In this document: positions 14,013 to 25,526 of the stretch, piece by piece
Position numbering within the stretch: the stretch's first letter is position 1
Layout of the letters: each line of letters begins with the position of its first letter
Origin: Phoronis australis
Taxonomy: Eukaryota > Animalia > Phoronida
Reading direction: 5' to 3'
Length of the DNA stretch: 64,000 nucleotides
Assembly (NCBI GenBank): GCA_002633005.1
Contig: NMRA01000276.1
Span: forward strand, 309,134-373,133
Notes under the pieces: model-generated
The model's database searches: none
What the model was told of the DNA's origin: nothing
Seen by the model: the letters and a program-made list of their open reading frames with translations, nothing else
Made by a program: the position numbers and the translations under genes

Positions 14013-14099
14013 CGTAGTTTCGTTGCGGAATAGGCGGGGCTATTGTCCTGTTACCAAGAGAAGGAAATTCTGATGGATCAAAGTTTGGCTGCTGTATGT
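14013..14099 (-). CDS. CNOT2: CNOT2 exon DIQQPNFDPSEFPSLGNRTIAPPIPQRNY (copy 2, probable allele)
   Basis: Same coding sequence as 10756-10842; donor GTAGGT. Confidence 0.8.
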
Positions 14100-15122
14100 C
14101 TGAAACATTAAAAGGTAGCACACACCATCAGTAAACCATGTTGTGCTGTGCTTTGTAAAGTTATCACTAACTAGGTCATTGGTTGGTAATGTAGCTTTCA
14201 TGAATCAGCTCGATATGAAATGTACCCCTTGTCACAGGTTAACAAGAGAACTGAGTTTAATATACAATTATTTACATTCACCGAGGGTCATATGCTATTT
14301 TTAAGACCCAAAATGTGATTATCACATGTTAGGGGACTGAGAACCAACATACAGTAGTCACCAAGAGGCGAACAATAGTTTTGTATATGATGACATCCGC
14401 AAAGTAATCCATGGAAGAAAGTCATGTTCCATCGAATGTCACTTGGTTGGGCAGTGAGTGAGCTAAGTGAGTGAGCTACTAATTTTTAACACAAACCGTT
14501 GTGACTAACTCTAATAAAACTTCCAGAAGAGGCTCAAAAGGAACAGTCGAATATAATTTGTAGAAGATTCCGCGTTTTACAGCCATACAATGGGAGCTTA
14601 AATGCAAAAGAATCTGTAAATGTCATTTGGTAACAATGAATAATATTCGTGACCTTCGTGTCAGCAGGCCAATATATACGGAAACACAGTCTGTACAGAC
14701 GATGTGTATTGAAATTCAGTGAACATTTTAGCCTTTGAATACACATCTTTTGAATACACATCTTTTTGTGCAACAACATGATGGAGGAAGCTGTGATGCC
14801 TTGATGAAGGTTTGCATTCACCAAGTGTTTTATATTTCAAAGTTATTTCAAAATTACACAACATCAGAAACTGGAGTTTCAATTTTGCTGACCTTGTCGC
14901 AGCAGCGTTTAAGTTGTGGCTTGTGAACCACAATGGAATCTCCAATATTTCACTAAAAATAACTTTTTAAGAAGAATTATTTGTTGCTGCAACAGAGAGA
15001 CTACAACTATTGCATTAGAAATATTGTTGTCTGGAGAGTTAAACAAATACAATGTGTCCAAATCATACAAGAATGAGTTATTCTAATCTGAGTAGCACAA
15101 CCACTAATAATAAAATGTATAC

Positions 15123-15187
15123 CTTGAGACCTCTGTGGAAAACCAGTGAAGCCTGACACACTAGTCATTGCATTGCTGGGTGTAGAG
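15123..15187 (-). CDS. CNOT2: CNOT2 exon STPSNAMTSVSGFTGFPQRSQ (copy 2, probable allele)
   Basis: Same sequence as 12063-12127 with the same splice sites. Confidence 0.75.
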
Positions 15188-16401
15188 CTGTAATACACAA
15201 GTGAACAAACAAAGGTGTACCATATGATCAACCAGCTGACATCTGTTTGAAACACTGCATACTCGGACATCAATATTGTACTCAAATGTAATATATTGCT
15301 AAAACGCAATTGGTATGCGCAATTTAAATGTTCAAATATCAGTAAAAAGGACCACTATACATAATTGCATTCAATGGATCTTTTGCTAATAGACCTTGTT
15401 ACGCACACAATAATACAAGCACATATCTGCTGTGGAGTACAGAGGCACATTGTCACTTTGTCAGTTAGAAGGCACTGCAAGTCATCATGCACCATACTAC
15501 CAGTTATACATTTATCATGCTGGGTTCAAGGCTAACATTAAAGCACAAGGCATCCAATGTCTGTAACAAGAATGGCAGACCACCCATGAGCAATGGCTCC
15601 TGGTCATGCTGGAACAATAATCCCTGCTAGCAATTTCCATGCACTAACCTGTATGTGGTGCAGGGCTATCTATCCTTTTTGTTTTAATGTTTATTACCAA
15701 CAATATAGCGTACTATCATAAGAGTTAAGCCCAGAACGTACTAAAAAGCATTATATACGGGCTCCCCCCGAGATGGCACAGGTGAACACAGGTAAATACT
15801 TCCAATTTCATCAGAAAAAGCACATTTTGTAGTTTACATAAGCGTATTTTAAGCATTTTAGGAGGTGCCCTCTTGTCACCAGGCCAATGTGATCACAGGA
15901 TGAAAATTTCACCTTCTATGGACCTTGGAAAAGTGTGTGTGCTTACCACAGAACAGAAATTGACAGGAAGCTGTGGACTGATTTATCTTGAACTTTCATT
16001 TCCTTTTCTTTGGGCAGCATGTTTCAACAAGTCCACATAATGACGAAAGATACTTGGACTATCATAACAAACCAGTACACCACTATACCACATATAGACT
16101 TAAACCATATTTCAAGTACGTGACATACAGTTTAGTATGTATTGTAAAACATTTTTAAGGTATATAATTTTCTATGAACAGACATATAACCTTCATAAGA
16201 CAAACATGGTGGAACTATATTTTTCTGGCATTATTTGAAGCACAATTGCTACTATGAACCACCTGTAAGTAAATGATCAGCAATGACACAATTTCTAACT
16301 TGAGAAGAATTGAAAGGCAGAAAAACTAGTGCAGGGGGCAAACAAACAGAGATAAACAACAGTTGGGCAGCGACAACAAAAAGTATGGTTGCCATGGTTA
16401 C

Positions 16402-16494
16402 CTGACGACTGGGGATCTGGACAGGGAACGTAGTAAGGTCTGAGTTTGATGGGACAAGTTAACAAAGAGAGAGAAGCGACTGGCTGAACTAGAA
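16402..16494 (-). CDS. Candidate 93-nt cassette exon (SSSASRFSLFVNLSHQTQTLLRSLSRSPVV)
   Basis: tttattttgtAG acceptor and CAG|GTAACC donor; open in phase 2-2, matching the host intron phase; no recognised homology. Confidence 0.3.
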
Positions 16495-16824
16495 CTACAA
16501 AATAAACGGTCAGTAAACATAGTGCATAAAACTAGGATTATAAAATAAACAGTCAATTAACATACTGCATAGAACAAGAATTATAACATAAACGGCCAAT
16601 AAACACAATGCAAAATACTAAAACTTCAAACAAAAAGTTAATAAGGCATAATCTTGATCTACACTTCTTCGCTCATTTAGCACACAATATGGATGACAAA
16701 TGAAATTCAATGGTTACAATTTTTTAATGTTGATTGCCTTGCTGCACTTAATGTAAACTTTACCACAAGTTACTTCTGTGCACTGCAGACAATGATACTT
16801 GTAAATTGCTTGATCTTTATTGTA

Positions 16825-17329
16825 CGGTAAAGTCGCGTGATTTTCGGACACTGAAAATTAATTCCAATAGAAAAAATTCATTCTTGGACGAATCTCGAGA
16901 AACATCATTTCTGTGGTGTCCGAATTTGACGGACCTCCAAATTTGGGTTTCCGCTAGTGTCCGAATTTCGTGAGTGTACATTATTTCGATGAACGGTCGT
17001 AGTATCAACATTGCTGGCTCGTTCATTTGACAGCAGTACAATTGCAGGTAAATGAGACTCAAATGGTCTGCGCGATTAATTTTTGAAAATCTGGCTTTCC
17101 CAATAAGAAATGTGCGCTGTCGACGCACAAGACCGTTCCCGACAAGTGTTGGTTCTTCTTTTCAAAGATGTGCTTTCTCAATATGAAATATTCGGCTTGC
17201 ATTGCCGTTGCTCAAAAACCGTTCTCGGCAAGTGACGGAATCTTTTCGAAACTGCGCTATCTCATTTGAAATATCGGGCTGCGTTGTGAAAAAAGAGTCT
17301 TCCTGGTGACAAATATGGGCTTTCCAATG
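16825..17329. mobile_element. Left end of a Tc1/mariner-like TIR element (family of 57609-62772), cut by an N
   Basis: TA|CGGTAAAGTCGCGTGATTTTCGGAC followed by ~500 bp collinear with the element starting at 57609. Confidence 0.85.
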
Positions 17330-17607
17330 NGATTACAGTCAATTAACATACTGCATAGAACAAGAATTATAACATAAACGGCCAATAAACACAATGCAAA
17401 ATACTAAAACTTCAAACAAAAAGTTAATAAGGCATAATCTTGATCTACAGTTCTTCGCTTATTTAGCACACAATATGGATGAAATTCAATGGTTACAATT
17501 TTTTAATGTTGATTGCCTTGCTGCACTTAATGTAAACTTTACCACAAGTTACTTCTGTGCACTGCACACAATGCTACTTGTAAATTGCTTCATCTTTATT
17601 GTAACGA

Positions 17608-20600
17608 CAACAATGCAGAGCATTGAAATGCGCTCATGAATGCACCGCAAACAGTGTGCTTCTAGGGGTGTTTATTTGTAACACAACCGCAAACAGTGTG
17701 CTTCTAGAGGTGTTTATTTGTAACACAACCGCAAACAGTGTGCTTCTAGGGGTGTTTATTTGTAACACAAAAAAGACCACTAGATGGTGCAAAATATTCA
17801 AATCCATCCGAAAAACGGAACATGCCATCGCTTCATTAATAGAAAGCTATTTCCAAAACTTCAAGGCACTTAAGAGAAACAGAGGAAAACAAAAAAATTG
17901 CCACTAGGGGACACTGTATTCGTCGGATCCATCCGAAAGTTGTCATCCGTTGCCAACTTCATATAAATATACGTGGGTTTAGGAGATAAAGCTATTGGTG
18001 CAAAAAAACTGCCACAATGAGGTGCCAGAGTAGTTGAAGTTGTCGGAAAATCATCATCAACCTTCCTCTTCACACCAAAAACACAAATGCCAATTTTCAG
18101 AACCATCCAGCGGTTTGGTTGACAGAAGAGTGGATGCCAAAAACAGACTAGGAAACAGTGAAAATGACCACTAGATGACGCAAAATATGTCCAATCCATC
18201 CCAAAACGAGAACGTCTCATCGTTTCTTTAATAGAAAGCGATTTGTTAAATCTCATAAAAATCAAGGAACTTCAGAGATACAGAGGAAAACTGAAAAAAA
18301 TGAAATTGCCAATCAGGGGCACAGGGTTCGTCAGATCTGTCTGAAAGTCATCATCCATTGTCAACTTCATATAAATACACTTGCTAAATTTAATAAAGAT
18401 CCTTCAGTGGGTTCAGGAGATACAGCTATGGGTGCAAAAACCTGCCACTAGGAGTGTCACAGTAGTCGAAGTCAGAAAATCACCATCAACCGTTTTCTTC
18501 AAACTAATTTTCCCAATCATTTTTAGAGTGGCTAGATTGAAAGAGGGGACGGATGTCAAAAACAGACTAAAAAACACTAGGAGGTGCAAAATACTTCGAA
18601 TCCATCCAAAAATGGGAGGATAGCATCATATCCCTAACTGATGCCTATGTGCCAAATTTCATGAAAATCCATCGAGCACCTTTGAAGATACAGAGATAAA
18701 CGTAAAAAAATTGGGGGCACACCGGTATTCGGATCCGTCCTAAATTCGTTGTCATCTGTCATCTGATAAGTTTGCATCTTCCAACTCTTATCAAGATCAT
18801 ATAAGGGTTTTATGAGATACAGCTGCTGACGGCAATAAACAGGTAGATTGCCAGGGGCCACTGATATTATCAACAATTAAAGGACAGTGTCGTCACTAAT
18901 AGCTGCAAGTTATATTATGCTCGAATAATCACAAATTAAATTAGAAAGAAGTTTTATGACAATTAGCACTTATAAATGTTCTAAAATTGTCACATTAAAA
19001 ACAAGAGCAACGCGGAGTGTTGAAATGCGCCCACAAATGCACCACAAACGGCGTGCTTCTAGGGGGGTTTAATTGGAACATAAAAATAGCCCCTATACGG
19101 CACAAAATATGTCGAATTCATCTGAAAACTGGTATATGTCACCAAAGCTATTTACCAAATTTCATAAAAATCCATCCAAAAACTTCAGAGAAACCGAAAA
19201 AAACGAAATTGCCACTAAGAGGTTATGAGCGCAAAAAGCACTGTCACTAAGATGCGACACAGTAGGTGAAGTTGTCGGAAAATCATCGTCAGACTTCGTG
19301 GTCACATTAGGATCATATATGCAAATTTCTAATACCATCCTCAGAGTGGTTTGGTTGACAGAGGGGCAGACACCAAATAAAAAGATTCAAAAACAGTAAA
19401 AATGGCCACTAGGTGGCACAAAATACCATGAATCAAACCGAAATGCGAAGGATAGCATCAACTCACTGATAGATACCTATCTGCCAAATTTTAGGAAAAT
19501 CCGTTGAGAACCTTTGAAGATACAGAGGTAAAATTAAAAAACTAAAATTGCCACTAGGTGGCAGACTGGTAGTCGCATCCATGCAAAAGTCGTCGTTGTT
19601 TGTTGTCAAGTTATATAAATACATTTGCTAAATTTAAAGGAGAATGCCAACCAATTTAATTAGTCTTTTTTACCATCTTAATCGGTCTATATCCAAATCG
19701 CCTCTTAAACGATCAACCTCAACTTGCCGAGAGGTGTCGCATTAACCTGTGAGGAAGGTGAGAAACGACGCAGCGACGTCAGTGGTTGGTCTGCAAAGTG
19801 AATGCCACTATATTGCGGTGCATCGTTCCTGCTTGTCCGAACTATGAAGCTGCGAAGAAAGCGGGTATATCATTTTTTTCGACTTCCTCTAGAGCCCGAA
19901 ATGCTTAGGAAGTGACTCGCTGTAGTGAAGAACCAAAGGTATGCTGTTAATGGCAAGTATGAGGTCGTGAAACATCTCAATGTCTGTGGCCGGCATTTCG
20001 TCGACAGTAATTTCTCTGACGAATTCCGGCTTACTAAAGAACTATCAACACGATCCGTTGCCTGTGCATGTTCACGGCGCCTCTCTAGTATTTCTTGATC
20101 AGTATATTCCGGTTCGAACTGATAGCCTGTGAAACCTAACGACCCGTGAACTCTTCATCGGATGAACTCTTGACTAAGTCTGGATTGGTGCCGGACGAGT
20201 TGCCATGTAGCCATTTATTATTCTGCGTTGTGTTTCAAAATGAATTATTCTCATCCTAACCAATGCTTATATAAAACTGAAACAAAATCAGTCTCATTAG
20301 ATACAATTTGTAATGCCTTGGAGTGTTCGTGTGTGAAAATGTTGAGAAGCTAGCAATAAATAAACAACTGCGTTACCGGCTTTTGATGCCAGCAACACAG
20401 GTAATTGAACGGGCACCGAGGCCGTGGGAGCAAATGCTAATTCAGTGTTTGCTGACACAAATCTGCTGTGAAACAATTACTCGATTTTATATGCTATGGT
20501 CACATGTTAGGGGAATCTTTATTTAGAAATACAAATACGTTATTCAAATCATTGTTACTGAACAACCTTTGCCCTGACAGTCTGTGGAAGGGGAACCCGA

Positions 20601-22185
20601 CTTCGTGGCTCTCGACAAGTAAGTAGATTTTCAGTTTCGTGACCAATTCACATAAATAATTACGAGCACATTATTTCTTTGGCTCACTGTTACAGTCTTT
20701 ACGTGACTGGAGGTTTAGTTTCCAACTCAAGGGGGTTTATGTTCGTGCCAGTCCCGGCGGCCGCGACGGGCCTGATCAGGTTCCAAGCTTAGGGCCTGGA
20801 TAACGAGTCAGTCCGGTCGCGGCAAGCATCATCGGGTTCCGAGCCACTGGCCGGGATAAAACTAGAGTTTTGTGTGTTTAGAACTCAAAAAATCACAGTC
20901 GAAACAACACAGATCCAGGTTCTCCTGTCAGTATTTCACGGAAGAATACTTCGAATTTATCTCCGAACAGACCCCAAATTCCTGATACAGACCCTGGTAA
21001 ATTGGCCTGCCAAACTTTGCAGGCTACGGTGTGTCCAAACACCAATAAATCCGTAAGAGCGAAATAAAACAACACGTTTTAATAAGAACTCGATGTATTT
21101 TGAAGGGTTTTACATCGAAGTTTGATGATTTATTGGTGTTAAACGATGAATTCAAGCGAAAAGCTGACACCAGTAACCCGTGTTGTGAACTGATGAACAG
21201 ACTGCGGGTGAAACCAACAACGTCATTGGATAATTTCAACACCTCCATCTGCCCTCAGGTGTCAGGTAACGCAACCAAATGTGCCGTGATCGAGTAGAAT
21301 TACTCGATCTAAATTGAAACAAAATAGGTTGTTTTTTGGGTGGCATTCTCCTTTAATAAAGATCCTGTAGAGGGTTTAGGAGATACAGCCATGGGCATAA
21401 AAAAAAACTGCCACTAGGAGGCACCACAGTTGTCCAGGTCGTCGTAAAATCATCGCCAGCCCTCCTCTTAACATTAGGAACATACACGCCAATTTCCACA
21501 ATCATGCTTAGAGTTGTTTGGTTGACTGAGGGGCAAATGCCAAACAGATTCGAAAACAGAAAAAATGGCCAATAGGTGGCGCAAAATGCCTCAAGTTCAA
21601 CCGAAATCTGAATGATAGCGTCACCTCACTAATTGATGCCTATCTGCCAAATTTTATGAAAATCCGTTGATGACCTTTGAAGATACAGAGGTAAGCGTAA
21701 AAAAATACAAGAGCAATGCAGAGCGTTGAAATGCGCCCACAATTGCACCGCATATGGTATCCTTCTAGGGTTGTTTATTGGTACCACAAAGTGGCCAGTA
21801 GAGGGCATATATGTAGTATGTTGTACTTAGCAAAATGGAAAGGCATGGTCATTGTCTCCTCAATAGGCTAGGGGCAAAATGTGAGTAATCTTCATAATAC
21901 AAGCACATCCTATACACCAGTTGCTTAAAGCACCACAGAAACATAGAATAAAAACAAATTTACCAACATACGAGATTAGCACAGCATTAGAATGCCAGAA
22001 ACAAATTTCTACTTGGAACTTTTCCTTCATAGTCACGAAGTAACACAAAGTATACACCTGAAGACCTATGAAAATACAGAGGTCAATGTAAAATACTATA
22101 AATTGCCACTAGAGGCAAATACTAAAATTGCCACTAGAGGCATACCGGTAGTCAGAATCATCCTAAAGTCGTCATCGTCCGTTGT
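17608..22185 (-). mobile_element. Cluster of degenerate HINE-like (Helentron non-autonomous) copies starting near 17608, 19001 and 21707
   Basis: Each carries the ACAAGAGCAACGC-GAG-GTTGAAATGCGCCCAC end (degenerate in the first) and the GCCACTAG-rich subrepeats seen in the full copy at 33536-34446. Includes a 42-bp x3 repeat at ~17645-17770. Confidence 0.75.
19638..21352 (+). mobile_element. Kolobok-like non-autonomous DNA transposon with a decayed THAP domain
   Basis: TTAA TSDs (19634-37, 21353-56); TIR AGGAGAATGCCA/TGGCATTCTCCT; ~19818-20010 reads RCIVPACPN...ISFF/RLP...RK*LAVV...VCGRHF (THAP C2CH pattern). The host HINE sequence resumes after it. Confidence 0.85.
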
Positions 22186-22240
22186 NNNNNNNNNNNNNNN
22201 NNNNNNNNNNNNNNNNNNNNNNNNNNNNNNNNNNNNNNNN

Positions 22241-23283
22241 TGCACCTACAGTGTCAAGGTGAGTGTTGATGTGCACCTACAGTGTCAAGGTGAGTGTTGA
22301 TGTGCACCTACAGTGTCAAGGTGAGTGTTGATGTGCACCTACAGTGTCAAGGTGAGTGTTGATGTGCACCTACAGTGTCAAGGTGAGTGTTGATGTGCAC
22401 CTACAGTGTCAAGGTGAGTGTTGATGTGCACCTACAGTGTCAAGGTGAGTGTTGATGTGCACCTACAGTGTCAAGGTGAGTGTTGATGTGCACCTACAGT
22501 GTCAAGGTGAGTGTTGATGTGCACCTACAGTGTCAAGGTGAGTGTTGATGTGCACCTACAGTGTCAAGGTGAGTGTTGATGTGCACCTACAGTGTCAAGG
22601 TGAGTGTTGATGTGCACCTACAGTGTCAAGGTGAGTGTTGATGTGCACCTACAGTGTCAAGGTGAGTGTTGATGTGCACCTACAGTGTCAAGGTGAGTGT
22701 TGATGTGCACCTACAGTGTCAAGGTGAGTGTTGATGTGCACCTACAGTGTCAAGGTGAGTGTTGATGTGCACCTACAGTGTCAAGGTGAGTGTTGATGTG
22801 CACCTACAGTGTCAAGGTGAGTGTTGATGTGCACCTACAGTGTCAAGGTGAGTGTTGATGTGCACCTACAGTGTCAAGGTGAGTGTTGATGTGCACCTAC
22901 AGTGTCAAGGTGAGTGTTGATGTGCACCTACAGTGTCAAGGTGAGTGTTGATGTGCACCTACAGTGTCAAGGTGAGTGTTGATGTGCACCTACAGTGTCA
23001 AGGTGAGTGTTGATGTGCACCTACAGTGTCAAGGTGAGTGTTGATGTGCACCTACAGTGTCAAGGTGAGTGTTGATGTGCACCTACAGTGTCAAGGTGAG
23101 TGTTGATGTGCACCTACAGTGTCAAGGTGAGTGTTGATGTGCACCTACAGTGTCAAGGGGAGTGTTGATATGCACCTACAGTGTCAAGGTGAGTGTTGAT
23201 GTGCACCTACAGTGTCAAGGTGAGTGTTGATGTGCACCTACAGTGTCAAGGTGAGTGTTGATATGCACCTACAGTGTCAAGGT
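22241..23283. repeat. Highly homogeneous 31-bp minisatellite (TGCACCTACAGTGTCAAGGTGAGTGTTGATG) x>=33
   Basis: Almost perfect repeats that run into the assembly gap on the left. Confidence 0.97.
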
Positions 23284-23956
23284 GGTTTTGCAAAATCTGT
23301 TTTTCTAGCTACACATTATAAACTTCGAGGACAAACAAACAAACAAACAAACAAACAAAAGATATCTTGCTAGATATGTGGAATATCAAAACAGCCATTT
23401 TCTGTAAATAATGTCTGACATGTATCTAAGGAATGGAAAGAATAAAGTTAAAATTTCCTGGATGTATAAATTGAAGAGGGTAGAAAACAGGGCCGGGAAA
23501 ATTCAATTAGGCACAAGGTCAAAAGAGGGCGTAGCATCCTGTTGTAACAGTCTGTAGAGAACCCTGTACATAGAACCAGAACTACAAACTGTACTGTCAA
23601 TAAATTGCAATGAGCTAAAATTACAAATAACTGTCAATAAATATACTGCATAGAACAAAATTAATGGTCACTAAACATACCACATAGAAGAGGAGAGGAA
23701 CACGAGATAAGGTCACTATCTTCTTGTCTGTCACAAGATACTGTTACAGAAAATTACGATGTTCCCCTTACTTCAACAACAATGTACATTTCAGACGAAT
23801 CAAAATAATAACGCATGGGCAGACAAAAAAGGTTTAGGTGGGTCTAGTCTATGTTTCAGTTACTAAATAAATTTAGCTTGTTAACTGTACCCTGCCTCAT
23901 TTACTAACTTAACTTAGTCTTAGCTTATGAACTTTAATCTATGCTTCATTTACTAA

Positions 23957-25314
23957 GGGCTGTTCCAGCAAAATCTGTATGGGAGGGGGGAGACACCCAG
24001 TTGAAATAAAAATTTATGGGTGGTGGTCTTTAGAAGAAAATTTGAATTATGGGCGGTCCTTCTTGAAAGAAGTAAATCATTATAAGTGGGTCGTGTTTTT
24101 TGTCCTGTAAAAGTTGACAGGGGGGTATTTTCAGCCAAACACAGACCTCAAAACCCACAGAAATTTTTCTTGGATTTTTTCAGAAGGTATTGAGGTTTGT
24201 GTTTAATTCGCAGATACCCAGAAATATCCAATAACAGAAAAAGAAGCCCATGTTGCTAGTGTACAAAGAACAATATGTACACTATGCTGTTACTCAAGTC
24301 ACATGCAACTTGATTACAAAGACAAGTTGTACAGTCATACGAGAATGAAAATTACTGCAACACTAAACTGGTATTAACACATCTAAGAAAATTGGTGACT
24401 TTTTGTAATAAAAAGTATGTCAGAAAGACAATTTCTAATACTCACTTGGAATAGCAGCCTGAAAGCATTCATCGAGACACTTTTGAGATTCATAGAATCA
24501 TGAAATTGAAAAAAATTATTGAAATTACAGACTTATGGGGGACAGAGACACCTGGTGGTTGCCTAAAGTATTGCACACAGGTGTCTTTGAAAAGCAAGTT
24601 TCTGGTAACTGACTTGTGAGTTGTGATCTCGCATAGAATTTTTTTCTGCACCCATAAAAACTTTTCTGGTCGCACATAGTCAGCATTCCGTCCGTCCACT
24701 CATCTGTCCGTCTGTCATGATCATTTCTTGTTAATCAATTATCTGAAGAACTGCTTGGCAGATCATGATGAAATTTAGTATAAAGGAAGTTGACGGGGAC
24801 GTGCCAGCACCAGTTGATTTTCAGACGGATTTGGCAACCATGGTACCCCATGTTGGCTGCTTTGGTTTTCGACAAGCCACTATTTGTGAGTTGAATGTCG
24901 CAAAAACTACTTGACGGATCACGATGAAATCAGATAGAGAGATACAGAAGATACATGAAAAGAATGTGCCAGCACCGGTCAATTTTTGGACAGATTCAAC
25001 TACTATGGCACCCCCTGTTAGTTTTCGACTGCTCAAGTCATTGCTTGTCTATTGATTATCTTGAAACCACTGAACGGATCATGGTGAAATTTAGCACTAG
25101 TCGATTTGTGGACACATTTGGCTACTGTAGCACCCCCTGTTGGACATTTTACTTTTTGACAAGAAAGATTGATTATCTCAAAAACCGCATTTCATATTTC
25201 AACCTAATTAAGAATTATGAGTCCTTGGTTGGAAAAATAAAAGAAACAAATGGGCGGTGGGTAAGAAATGAAAGTGCCTTTCCCTCTTCCATACGGTTTT
25301 TACTGGAACACCCC
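23957..25314. mobile_element. PIF/Harbinger-like MITE with a nested HINE-like fragment (~24660-25190), inserted in an AT-rich minisatellite (~23890-25525)
   Basis: TIR GGGCTGTTCCAGCAAAATC / GTTTTTACTGGAACACCCC; TAA on both sides; the flanking repeat continues across the insertion. Confidence 0.85.
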
Positions 25315-25526
25315 TAACTAAGTTGTTTTCAACAGTCTTAGCTTATAAATATAATCTATGCTTCATTTACCAACTTAAGTTATTTACTAACTTAATTTGT
25401 TATCAACAGTCTTAGCTTATTAATGTAATCTATGCTTCATTTACTAACTTAAGTTATTTAGTAACTTAAGTTGTTATCTATAATCTTGGTTTATTAACTG
25501 TAACCAATGCTTCATTTAATAACTTA

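Larger units (their letters stand above)
9521..15494. repeat. Near-identical tandem duplication (9521-12434 / 12436-15494) joined at a single N; duplicates two CNOT2 exons
   Basis: Collinear copies with SNPs and a few indels; the junction is the N at 12435. Confidence 0.9.

Noticed and set aside
10664-14121. Two 66-aa ORFs as a duplicated small gene
   Set aside because: Each is a CNOT2 exon read through into intron sequence, and the duplication is probably allelic.
15947-16058. Possible exon starting SPSIF with a GTAAGC donor
   Set aside because: In-frame stop in the required phase and a weak acceptor; no support beyond splice-like motifs.
22241-23283. CRISPR-like array of ~31-bp repeats
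   Set aside because: Head-to-tail repeats with no unique spacers, no cas genes and a eukaryotic intron context.
24446-24479. Possible micro-exon ending at a GTGAGT donor
   Set aside because: Lies within a MITE, and no acceptor gives the phase 2-2 needed in this intron.
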